A stretch of DNA of 28,567 bases, taken from assembly GCF_006345805.1 (NCBI RefSeq), contig NW_021827513.1, positions 1-28,567 of the forward strand. The letters run 5' to 3'. The position numbers were made by a program, and so were the translations under genes. Positions 10,465 through 21,049 of the stretch are shown in pieces; positions within the stretch are counted from its first letter, which is position 1, and each line of letters starts with the position of its first letter. The notes beneath the pieces were generated by a model that ran no database searches, had not been told where the DNA came from, and worked only from the letters and a program-made list of their open reading frames with translations. Origin of the DNA: Octopus sinensis. Lineage: Eukaryota.

Positions 10465-10620
10465 TCTTTTTATCATCCTTTTCTTGTTTCAGACATTAGA
10501 GTGAGGCCATGCTGGGGCACCCCCTTTGTGGAACATATTTCTTTTTAGTACTTATAAGCCTTAGTCTCTTTCGTTGAACCTCTACGTTACAATCGTTACA
10601 CCGATTCCTTTTGAGTACAA
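10465..10620 (-). mobile_element. 3' tail fragment of the OR-type SINE
   Basis: CTTGTTTCAGACATTAGAGTGAGGCCATGCTGGGGCACC matches the reverse complement of the tail at 700-765. Confidence 0.6.
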
Positions 10621-10708
10621 AAAGATACACACACACGCTTACACATACAGATATATACATATATATACACGCACACATGCATATATATATACGTATATAT
10701 ATATATAT

Positions 10709-10742
<34 letters not shown>

Positions 10743-10794
10743 CACACATATTTATACATATATCTCTAAGTATGTGAGTATCCATGTATTTTTA

Positions 10795-10870
10795 TGTATG
10801 TATGTATGTATGTATGTATGTATGTATGTATGTATGTATGTATGTATGTATGTAGGTAGGTATGTATGTA
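10795..10870. repeat. (TATG)n microsatellite
   Basis: Visible run. Confidence 0.95.
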
Positions 10871-11084
10871 TCTGTTATGTACACAGACACCGAGACATAA
10901 TTTTGTAAGACGAAAGGCGTCGGACTTCGTAAGAAAAACTATAAAAAAATGAAAAGAAATGGAAGACAATAAGAAACAAGGATGAACAAAATCGTACATC
11001 AGAACGTCATTGTGTACAGCGACAGATAAAAAAAAGGCTCATATTTCTAGCAACAAGCGACTAAATTACACCGGATTATTATTA

Positions 11085-11115
11085 TGATTATTATCATCAT
11101 CACCATCATCATCAT

Positions 11116-11170
<55 letters not shown>

Positions 11171-11210
11171 AGTAGTAGTAGTAGTAGCAGTAGTAGTTGT
11201 AATAGTAGTA
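11085..11210. repeat. (ATC)/(GTA)n trinucleotide tract
   Basis: Visible run. Confidence 0.9.
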
Positions 11211-11547
11211 GACAATAGAACTAATGTATTCACGGTTTTTTTTTTTGCGAACCTAATAAGGACGGGTCGAGTTATTATTTATGTAATTGAGGAAACGAAA
11301 AACAGGGAGCGGCTCATCTTTTATAAAGAATTTCAATGTGATGTGCAAACTATGGTGTGACGGTCGTCTTTATACAAAGGTTCATTGGTCGACGCGATAA
11401 CGGATATGGTGGTGGGGTATTAAGGGTGTGGTGATGATGACAGTGGCTTTATTTTTTGTTGTGCTGCGTGCGAGCGGTTACAGGAAACGTGACGAAGATA
11501 TTTTTCCATATGTATGTAATATTTGAGAAGAGAGCGAAGTAAGCAAT

Positions 11548-11770
11548 GCAATCGCAGAATACCGAAAGCACAAATTCCGCTGAACAGGACATGTCGTAAG
11601 GTTTATAGACAACAGCTGGCCCCGTGCAGTTTTCGAGTGACACCCAAGATATCGGAAAAGGCCACTTGAAAAGCCTCAACGACAACGAGAAGACGATTTA
11701 TCAAGCAATTTTTATTAAGATAGAAAAGAATGGCGCTATCAGAACAGAAGTGGAAGCGCATTGTGACCAG
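11548..11770 (+). mobile_element. RTE-clade LINE ORF2 C-terminal remnant
   Basis: Frame 1 reads AIAEYRKHKFR*TGHVVRFIDNSWPRAVFE*HPRYRKRPLEKPQRQREDDL...DRKEWR, matching the RTE motif W-GHV-R--D-RW---V-EW-PR--KR--GRP--RW-DD with Trp codons changed to TGA. Confidence 0.75.
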
Positions 11771-12000
11771 CGGTGTTTAACAGTATTTGAGGGTCTGGTT
11801 AATACTGTTTTATATATAGACAGGCTGTTCGGGATAAATTTGATGCAATTTTTTGTCTCCTTTTATTTATTTATATATTTATCAGGCACAGTTTGATGGA
11901 TTGGTAAACAGTCGAAGATGTTGGTGAGACTTTAAAGCTTTAACTGAGAAACGGCTGTTACGGTCAACTGGAAATAAATATTGATATTATTTATAATAAT

Positions 12001-12192
12001 CCTTCTACTATAGGCACAAGGCCTGAAATTTAAGGGCGGGGACTAGTCGATTACATCGATCCCAGTGTTTCACCGGTACTTATTTTACCGACTCCGAAAT
12101 GATAAAAGGCAAAGTCGACCTCAGCGAAATTTGAACTCAGAACGTAGCGACTGGAGAAATATCGCTAAGCGTATTCTGCCAGCTCGGCGCCT
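12001..12192 (-). mobile_element. tRNA-SINE (Meta/MESC-like core), partially deleted, next to an (AAT)n tract
   Basis: Core AGGCAAAGTCGACCTCAGCGAAATTTGAACTCAGAACG, head TGCCAGCTCGGCGCC, and (AAT)n at ~12204-12270. Confidence 0.85.
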
Positions 12193-12202
12193 TCATGTTA
12201 TT

Positions 12203-12255
<53 letters not shown>

Positions 12256-12277
12256 TAATAATAATGATTTTAATAAT

Positions 12278-12421
12278 ATCCTAGATATAATACATTCATA
12301 TTAGTTATATGAGTGTAGAGAACATATAGAGGATCTCCTAAACTGTGACACCTCAGACGAAGACTCAAGAAACATTATTGGAATGTGCAGATGTACTTTA
12401 CGAGTACCCAGTTTCGATCAC
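12278..12421 (+). pseudogene. Probable Penelope-like reverse transcriptase scrap
   Basis: Reads ILDIIHSY*LYECREHIEDLLNCDTSDEDSRNIIGMCRCTLRVPSFDH. Weak resemblance to the region between PLE RT motifs A and B', and homologous by eye to 15843-15905. Confidence 0.35.
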
Positions 12422-12524
12422 ACCCACCCTCCATTCTGTGTGTGTGTGTGTGTGTCAGTAGGTACACAAACCAAAAGCTGTCAGAACTCAATACGCCGAT
12501 AATGTTTTAAGAATGTAATATTAG

Positions 12525-12749
12525 TATATTATTTACATTATTTACAATTGACGGATATTTGTCATTATCTTGTTTGTTGTTAACCCTCCAGCCTTCATCA
12601 GGTATCTAGGGGATATTTCTCCAAGACACCTGATGAAGGCTGAAGGGTATATCAGCGGAAAGGTTATGTTAAAAACAAACCAAGATGAGGTCAAATATCC
12701 GTCAATTGTGAATAATGTAAATAATTCCTCATCTCTTAAATATAGAACG
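12525..12749. mobile_element. Fold-back element with a degenerate hammerhead motif and apparent 12-bp TSD
   Basis: Arms 12528-12613 and 12618-12725 are reverse complements around a TATT loop. CTGATGA-A-GGCTG...CAGCG-GAAA lies at 12630-12661. ATGTAATATTAG occurs at 12513-12524 and 12750-12761. Confidence 0.75.
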
Positions 12750-12906
12750 ATGTAATATTAGACTGGTATAGGACGCCATTATTTTGAAGTTTATTAGGCG
12801 CAGATACAAGCCTACAACCTCTCACACACACACATGCACACACATACACGCACACATACACATACACTCACACACATACACACACACAAGCGCACTCCAA
12901 TACGCC

Positions 12907-13080
12907 CGCTTGAAAAACAGACAAAGGGACACACACTCACACACATGGTCTTCCGCACAGTTTCCATCTCCCATATTCTCTCCAAAGGCATTCGTTGGTC
13001 TGAAAGTATAGTACAAGACAAACGGCTAATGCTCCGCGCAGTTGGATTGAACCCGAAGCCACGTGGTAGTAAAACGATCA
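12907..13080 (-). mobile_element. Old CORE-like tRNA SINE
   Basis: CTTCCGCACAGTTTCCATCTCCCATATTCTCTCCAAAGGCATTCGTTGGTC...GCGCAGTTGGATTGAACCCG aligns with 23680-23790. Confidence 0.65.
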
Positions 13081-13094
13081 TACTGAAAAAGATC

Positions 13095-13302
13095 TGAGTC
13101 AATGTGAGAGCTTAGCCAGCGAAAAAGCTAGGGTTCCGCGGGAGCTGAGTCAACAAAGAAAATAAGCCTAAAGATTATCTAAATCAACGGGTGAGCTGAG
13201 CCTGCGAGAGATGTGAGCCTAAGGATATGACTCAGCAACGGAGCTGAGTCACTGTGTGTGCTGAGTCAACGAGGAAATAGAGTCAACGAGGGAAATGAGT
13301 CA
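13095..13302. promoter_or_regulatory. Cluster of six perfect AP-1 (TGASTCA) sites, two within full ARE/MARE-type TGACTCAGCA motifs
   Basis: TGASTCA at 13095, 13146, 13228, 13245, 13262 and 13296. ATGACTCAGCA at 13227-13237 and TGCTGAGTCA at 13259-13268. Function is untested. Confidence 0.45.
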
Positions 13303-13761
13303 ATGGGGTGTTTTATAAGTTAACAGTCGCCAATAGCAGCCAAATTTCACTCAAATCACAGCCTATCAACTTCTATAATAATACGAAGGATAATGTTGCA
13401 CGGAGGACCCTATTCGTAGAAATAAATTGGGAGAGTCACTTTTGAAAGGCTTTTGGTCATAAATCCGCTGGAATCAGAACGATGCGCTGTTAAATGACAA
13501 TGGTCTCCACAGCAACAGAAAAATGCTCACGTGTGTTCATTTTCGATTTGGATGGGATTTATGAGTGATTTGACTGTTGTTTTTAACATGTCGATCAAAT
13601 GTATATTACATTCTAGCAAGCTGTGGTCCAGTAATCCAAGATCAGGATTCATCCTATCGATCTATGTCCGATTGATTAATATCCTATTGATTTATGGTCA
13701 AAAGCACTGTAATTGTATCCAACGTGTATTATCTTTTAGCCAGTCAATGGATAAAGATGAC

Positions 13762-13950
13762 TGACCAAGTGGTTGGAATGTTGCTCTCGTGATCATAAGA
13801 CAGTAGTTTCCCTACACTAGGCTGTGCATTTTGTTCTTGAGCAAACCCTTTCATTTCACTCAACACCAGTCAATCACCTATATCCAGCAGTAGCTAGGAA
13901 GTTAAAGCTATGATGGACCAGCGCCCCATCCAGTGGGGAATGTTGTCCCT
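13762..13950 (+). mobile_element. Old tRNA-SINE, third family
   Basis: A-box-like TGACCAAGTGGTTGG, TTGTTCTTGAGCAAACCCTTTCATTTCAC and GATGGACCAGCGCCCCATCCAG; related to 22890-23095 (minus) and 28417+. Confidence 0.55.
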
Positions 13951-14544
13951 TTCAAGTCCCAGGCTTGTCAATCCTAGGGCTCAGTAAGTTTTAATACGAT
14001 ACGACTGTAAATGCTAATGCTCTTCTCTGTTTTAAATCCAATTGGATATGATATGCAGAATAGTGTAGTTTGACCGCTATTTCTAGCACACCGTTCGTCT
14101 GCATAGAGGTTCCCTTACAATCTCGCATGTCTGAGTTCTGAAACATAAATGTATAGTGCAAATTTTCACATAATAAACGAATATCATATTTACTTTGAGG
14201 GGAATTTATCTAAAGAATTTCGTTGTATGTCTACGTTAAAATGAGTGTATATAGGATTATATGAACTGTGTTTGCGAATGTGGTTGTGTATGTATATATA
14301 TATATACAATCTGTAAATAATCTTTATTGAGGACATCGTTGTTATCTATACGTATATGTGTGTTTGTGAGAGTGTGTATGAGTGTGTGTTTATAGTTCCG
14401 TGCATCTGGTTTGACATTTTGTGGGAATACAAACGAAACGGATGCAAATAAATACGTGCAAAGCGCCCTGTCCTCTATACAGACTCACTCACGTATACAC
14501 AACTATGTGTGTATATCTATGTACACATGGGTATACCATGTTTA

Positions 14545-14585
14545 GATACATACATACCTACTAACATACATACATATATATATAT

Positions 14586-14625
<40 letters not shown>

Positions 14626-14667
14626 CGGATGCATGCATATGCATGTATAATCACGTATATTTAGTAT

Positions 14668-14720
<53 letters not shown>

Positions 14721-15345
14721 ATGAGTGTGTATTCATACATACATAAATACATACTATATAATGAGTATGTATTCATACATACATAAATCCATACAAATAC
14801 ATATGCATATATTTATACATATATATATATGTTCATCTGTGTGTATGTATATATCGATGTGCATGCTTGTGCGTGCATATGTGTGCATGTGTATATGCGC
14901 AACAACACATGCACACATGTATACACAAATATGCATATGCTCATAACCCGCGCTCACATACACACACAGCTACACACCCCACATATATATCTGCCCGCAA
15001 TGTTGTTGCTAGTTAAGAGGCGGTCGTGTAAATGTGTATAGGCCCATTGTGAGCTAGTTTATGACTGTCAAAGTGAGCAATATGCATGTGTTCACATAAG
15101 TATGTGTGAAGAATGTGTGTGTGTGTGTTGTGTGTGTGGTGGTGGTGTTTGTGTGTGTGTGTTTGTGTGTTTGTGTGTGTGTTGTGGTGTTGTGTGTGTG
15201 TGTGTGTGTGTTGTGTGTGTGTGGGTTGTGTGTGTGTGTGTGTGTTTGGGTGTGGTGGTGTTGTGTGTGTGGTGTGTGTGTGTGGGGGTGTGTGTGTGTG
15301 TGTGGTCTGGTTTTGAGGGCGAATGTCTTGATATATATATATTTT
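14545..15345. repeat. Compound microsatellites including a ~200-bp degenerate (TG)n at 15105-15305
   Basis: Visible runs; source of the C/V- and H/T-rich ORFs. Confidence 0.9.
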
Positions 15346-15550
15346 GACTTCGAGTAAACAAATTCCAAATATTAAGATAACAGGTGGCCAAGCTATGTTA
15401 TAAAGAGATGATAGATGTTGGATAATGCTGGGTGGATCAGCTGAGTTTGAGGGTGGATGGGGGAGATCTGTGTGGGCTTGACATGTGTGTTTACGTACGT
15501 ATGCTTGTATGTGTATATATGTATCAATCTATCTATCTATCTCTTTCTTC

Positions 15551-15582
<32 letters not shown>

Positions 15583-15656
15583 ATATATATATACATATAT
15601 ACATACATGCATATATATATATATGTATATACATCCATACATATATATATATATAT

Positions 15657-15701
<45 letters not shown>

Positions 15702-15729
15702 CTAGCTCTCTATATAATAGTCTGTTTTA

Positions 15730-15772
<43 letters not shown>

Positions 15773-15830
15773 GTGTATGTGTGTGTGTGTGAGTGTATAT
15801 ACGTATGTTTTTTTTACATAAATTAGCCCT

Positions 15831-15963
15831 CTGAAACTCTTAGACATTCTTCTAAACTATCTGATGAAGCCTAGAGGCACACCCAAGTACCCTAATTTTA
15901 TCTACCGATCACAACAGTACACTGAAAAGATGGAAATAACATGTGGAGCACTGTGACCTCTTG
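15831..15963 (+). pseudogene. Probable Penelope-like reverse transcriptase motif B' remnant
   Basis: Reads ...PNFIYRSQQYTEKMEITCGAL*PL, which matches the spacing of F-x-F-x-G-x-x-Y-x-Q-x-x-G-x-A-M-G-S-P-x-x-P with substitutions. Confidence 0.4.
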
Positions 15964-16234
15964 GCAGATACGGCTGTAAGAAACTGCTCTTCTTTCTCTA
16001 TTCTAGAAATTACTGGTATTTTATATGTAAAACACAAACTTTACATATGTGTGTATATTCTCAGAATTGTTCAAAATAAATAAATATACATAATATAAAG
16101 TTTGATACATCTTCTTGTATATATATATATATATATATATATATGATAGATCGTTAGCTCCTACACGCATTTTTTCCCTCCTTTTTTCTCTCCTTTTTTT
16201 CTCTCCTTTTTTCTCCTTGTTTTTTTTCTGTGTA

Positions 16235-16272
16235 TCTTTCTGTCGAAGAGCGTAGGCTCGAAACGTAAAAGA
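16235..16272 (+). ncRNA. Minimal hammerhead-like fold with a non-canonical core (A6 replaced by U)
   Basis: TCTTT-CTGTCGA-A-GAGC-GTAG-GCTC-GAAA-CG-TA-AAAGA: 5-bp stem I, 4-bp stem II, palindromic ACGT stem III, GUA triplet. Confidence 0.55.
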
Positions 16273-16360
16273 CTTTTTCTATTCCTGAATGCTATACGAA
16301 TATATGTTTGTTTGTACTCCACCTGCCTTCGTCTTTTGTTTATTTTCGTAAACCTTCCCG

Positions 16361-16386
16361 TATTATATATATATATATATATATAC

Positions 16387-16418
<32 letters not shown>

Positions 16419-16430
16419 GTATGTATGTAT

Positions 16431-16472
<42 letters not shown>

Positions 16473-16483
16473 GTATGTATGTT

Positions 16484-16521
<38 letters not shown>

Positions 16522-16668
16522 ATGTATGTATGTATATGTATGTATGTATGTATGTATGTGTGTATGTATGTATATATTTATATATATATGTATGTATGCA
16601 TGTATATGTATGTATATGTATGTACGTATGTATGTACGTATGTATGTATGCATGTATGTGTGTATGTA

Positions 16669-16707
<39 letters not shown>

Positions 16708-16770
16708 GTGTGTGTGTATGTATGTATGTATGTATGTATGTATATTTATATATATATATATTCATATATA
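16361..16770. repeat. ~400-bp compound (TA)n/(TATG)n microsatellite
   Basis: Visible runs. Confidence 0.95.
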
Positions 16771-17547
16771 TTGTACAACTGTATTTGTCTTTCTATTCTT
16801 TCATTCTTTCTTTATTTCCACCAGACCTTCGTTCTTTCGTTCCCTTTCTCTCACATTGCCTGGGCTTCTCTTCATGCTCACTTTCCCTCCTCTTTCACTT
16901 CACTGCGTCTCTCATGTTTTCTCGTCCCTCCTTAATTCTTCTAGCCCTATGCCTCCACCTCTCTCTCTTCTCTCCCCACGTGACCGGTGTTGGGCCAGGC
17001 CTGACTTTCTTTCTTTGTTCGACTACCATACGTGCAACATCTATATTCCTCCCTGTTCCTGTCAAATATTATGTCCTTGCCGTAAGGCTTTACATCCACA
17101 CACGCCACCTTAATTTAATCTGTCCTTAGTCGAAAGACACCTGTTGTTATGTCCTGTTGACTGATTTTGTATTTGTGTAGCATTTGCTTTGGAAGCGATT
17201 TACTTGCTTTTTCTCGCGTACGAATTGCAAAACAGTTCGTAGAGTCTCCCTCCTTTTATTGTTGCATAAAAATACGAAGGTCTCACATATATGTGGTGGT
17301 GGTGAAAACGCTGTTGGATCTCCGTACTTTGACGATGAAGATTCAGTTGTTTGATCTATCAAATTATCTGCTCCTGAATCAATATATAAATAGCTGAATA
17401 CGCAGCCATTTACACAGACACTCACAGTTAGCCTAAATCTTTAGGCAGGATCGCCATGACACAATGTGGGATAAGTTAAGTACACGTGTATCCTTCTCTA
17501 TTTCCTTGCCTTCAATGCTGGTTTCCAGTTTTCGCACAAAGTCGGAG

Positions 17548-17840
17548 GAGGGGTTCCATCGATTACGTCGACCCCAGTACTCAACTGGTCCGATATGACG
17601 AAAGGCAAAGTGAACCTCAGAACATAAAGCCGGACGAAATGCTGCTAAACATTCAATTCGGCGTGATTACGATACTACAAGCTCTCTGCTTTACAGTTAA
17701 TTATATGATAATATATGATAATATTAGTTTCAAATTTTGCAGCAAGGCCAGCACTTCCGCACTGGTACTTATTTTATCAACTCAGAACGTAGCAACAGAC
17801 GAAATACCGTAAGCATTTCGTCCAGCGTGCTAACGTTTCT
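17548..17840 (-). mobile_element. Rearranged fragments of Meta-like tRNA SINE
   Basis: TCGATTACGTCGACCCCAGTACTCAACTGG and AACTCAGAACGTAGCAACAGACGAAATACC. Confidence 0.75.
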
Positions 17841-18623
17841 TTTTTCTTTATTGCCCACAAGGGGCTAAACATAGAGGGGACGAACAAGGACAGACAAAGG
17901 GATTAAGTCGATTATATCGACCCCAGTGCGTAACTGGTACTTAATTTATCGTCCCCGAAAGGATGAAAGGCAAAGTGGACCTCGGCGGAATTTGAACTCA
18001 GAACGTAACGGCAGACGGAATACCTATTTCTTTACTACCCAGAAGGGGCTAAACACAGAGAGGACAAACAAGGACAGACAAACGGATTAAGTCGATTACA
18101 TCGACCCCAGTGCGTAACTGGTACTTAATTTATCGACCCCGAAAGGTTGAAAGGCAAAGTGGACCTCGGTGGAATTTGAACTCAGAACGTAACGGCAGGC
18201 GGAATACCTATTTCTTTACTACCCACAAGGGGCTAAACACAGAGAGGACAAACAAGGACAGACAAACGGATTAAGTCGATTACATCGACCCCAGTGCGTA
18301 ACTGGTACTTAAGTTATCGACCCCGAAAGGTTGAAAGGCAAAGTGGACCTCGGCGGAATTTGAACTCAGAACGTAACGGCAGACGGAATACCTATTTCTT
18401 TACTACCCACAAGGGGCTAAACACAGAGAGGACAAACAAGGACAGACAAACGGATTAAGTCGATTACATCGACCCCAGTGCGTAACTGGTACTTAACTTA
18501 TCGACCCCGAAAGGATGAAAGGCAAAGTAGACCTCGGCGGAATTTGAACTCAGAACGCAGCAGCAGACGAAATACCGTAAGCATTTCGCTCCAGCGTGCT
18601 AACGTTTCTGCCAGCTCACCGCC
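17841..18623 (-). mobile_element. tRNA-SINE concatemer: one head plus four 184-bp body units
   Basis: Anchor CCCA(C/G)AAGGGG at 17854, 18038, 18222 and 18406 (period exactly 184); near-identical units. Confidence 0.95.
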
Positions 18624-18669
18624 GTTCCTGCCAGCTCGACGCATTCGCCTTAGTTAACAATGACAATAA

Positions 18670-18840
18670 TGGTTTCAAACTTTGGCACAAGGCCAGTAAT
18701 TTCGTGGGGGTGGGGACTGGTCAATTACATCGACCCCAGTGTTTCACTGGTACTTAATTTATCGATCCCGAAAGGATAAAAGGCAAAGTCAACCTCGGCG
18801 ACATGCAGCTAAGCACTTTGCTCGACTTCCTAACAATTCT
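18670..18840 (-). mobile_element. Meta-like tRNA SINE, internally deleted
   Basis: GGCACAAGGCCAG...TACATCGACCCCAGTGTTTCACTGGTACTTAATTTATCGATCCCGAAAGG. Confidence 0.8.
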
Positions 18841-19629
18841 ATCACCTTGCCGTCTTGCTTGCTTGGAATATCAAAGATTCCTTTTACTATCAATGGAGAC
18901 ACAATTTAGATGTATATGTAGCTTTGTACCTATTACAAACCTTTGATCTGAACAAAAATAAACATTGGTTCTACCATATTCATGTTTTGTTTCCTGAGTA
19001 CCATTGACAGAATTGCTCACGCATTGTAGATAGTTGACTCCATGTAGCAATTGTTGTATAAATAGTTCCATTATCCAAAGTTCTTAAGTATTTCCATAAC
19101 TATTCAATTGCCTCAAGTAATTCTAGAGTGTTGAATTTCTTTTGTGTTAGGGAAACTGTAATATCCACAAATTTCTCTAATTAGAGCTAATAAGATATCA
19201 AACACCAGCTAATAGAGAAAGCCTGTCGAAATATTTACCAGATGAGAGAGTGGTTCAACCGCTCTAAACTTCAAACCCAACAAAAGCTAACATTTAAAGG
19301 GAAGTTTTAAATACAAGTTAATTAGTGCAAATACACTTACAATGAAAAATATAGTGCGGTCACTGAAAGTGCTAGAAAGAGTAGCTGAATTTTTGCCAGC
19401 TACATCTTGTATCTTTCTGTCCTTTACTTATTTCAGTCACTGGGCTGCGACCATGCTGGGGAACTGCTTTGAAGGGTTTAGTGAAGGGTTTTTTTTTTTT
19501 AGAATGGCACTTATTCGAAACCAATACGAAAGCTGAGCCTGGGAGGCGATTGAAATGTTGTCGGAGGAGGTCTTGGTTTTCGTCTGGCGTTGGCCGTCCT
19601 TCTATATGTATTGCGCAGTGTATGAAGAT

Positions 19630-20172
19630 TCGTGGTTTAGAAGTTGGGGTATTCGGATCACGGGCGACGCGTTGCGTACTTGAGCAAAACGCTGACCCAG
19701 TTCAAAACGCTGACCCGTTAATTCACGTTGACCCAGTTCAATCGACTAACAAAGATGTGTGCTACCTATTTCTTTACTACCCACAAGGGGCTAAACACAG
19801 AGAGAACAAACAAGGACAAACAGACGGATTAAGTCGATTATATCGACCTCAGTGCGTAACAGGTACTTAATTTATCGACCCCGAAAGGATGAAAGGCAAT
19901 GTGGACCTCGGCAGATTTTGAACTCAGAACGTAACTGCAGACGAAATACTGTTACGCATTTCGCCCGTCGTGCTAACGTATCTGCCAGACGCCGCCTTAT
20001 GTGTGCTACCACTAATTCAAAAGGGCCAGCCTCGTCACCTTCCGTGTCACGCTGCGTCTCACTGAAAACAACGTTAAGGTTACGCTTGTCTGTGAAGTAC
20101 TCAGCCGCTTTCATGTTAACTTCAGGAGCGGGCTATTCTGTTGATCGGATAAACTGGAACCCACATCGTCGT
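19630..20172 (+). mobile_element. Older SINE (octopus OK/Ceph-type tail) interrupted by a younger SINE
   Basis: Head-like GTGGTTTAGAAGTTGGGGTATTCGG...GGCGACGCGTTGCGTACTTGAGCAAAAC and tail AAAGGGCCAGCC...GATCGGATAAACTGGAACCCACATCGTCGTAACCGACG. The family name is from memory. Confidence 0.55.
19767..19998 (-). mobile_element. Full monomeric Meta-like tRNA SINE with 12-bp TSD
   Basis: ATGTGTGCTACC at 19755-19766 and 19999-20010. Confidence 0.9.
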
Positions 20173-20735
20173 AACCGACGAAGTATTATTTTTTTCTAGT
20201 GTCTTTTTCTTTCTTTTTTTCTTTTTCCGGTTGTGAATTTAGTAGTAGATAGCTAATCTTTGTACTAATCAACTTCCCTCACAATTAATTCACTCAACAG
20301 AGTTTTATCAACCTCGATTCGCAGCTGTTTGGTCAGTGACGTACTTCCTTCAAGACGTACTTTGACCTCAGTCGCCAACCAGCTCTAAATCTTCTGGTAG
20401 ATGTTAGTCCTTCTGACTAATTCATCGACAGATAATAAGGTTGACGTCCTCTAACACTTCTTTCATGGAGCCGTTGTTGTTGTAATTATTGTTGCTCCTA
20501 CTACTTACGACGCCTGCTGTTGCCGTTGTATGTTAACCAAATGGTCGGTATTATCCGTGAATCACAATCGCTTACAATCCTTCCAAGCTGGCATTTCCCA
20601 TCGCCATTACAAACTCATTGACAGTTTAAATCCACTTCCTCTTTCATCGTTACTTCAATTATTTTCTTGTCACAGATTTTGTTTTTCTAAAATCTGTCTG
20701 TCTGTCTCTACCATACATTTTCTCATATTTGTAAT

Positions 20736-20805
<70 letters not shown>

Positions 20806-20883
20806 TAATCGCTCCCTATATCGCGGGGATGGGGGTTGGAACGTTACACCAGCGATAGTCGGGGATTAGTGTATACAGGAATT

Positions 20884-20928
<45 letters not shown>

Positions 20929-21049
20929 TATATATATATAATATACAAACATACATACATACATACATGCATACACACACACCACACACACATAATATAT
21001 ATATACACATGTACGAGTCTGTGCGTCTTTGGTGTTTTTGGTTGTCCGT

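Noticed and set aside
15855-15890. CTGATGAAGCCTAGAGGC as a hammerhead
   Set aside because: Stem II-like GCCT/AGGC is present but there is no following GAAA or stem I partner; better explained as part of the RT-like remnant.
17841-18623. Regular repeats resembling a CRISPR array or satellite
   Set aside because: No unique spacers; the units are SINE bodies with B boxes in a eukaryotic context.
18860-19340. Non-repetitive stretch with a 66-aa minus-strand ORF
   Set aside because: No recognisable motif in the minus-strand frames I translated, multiple stops, and no clear splice signals.
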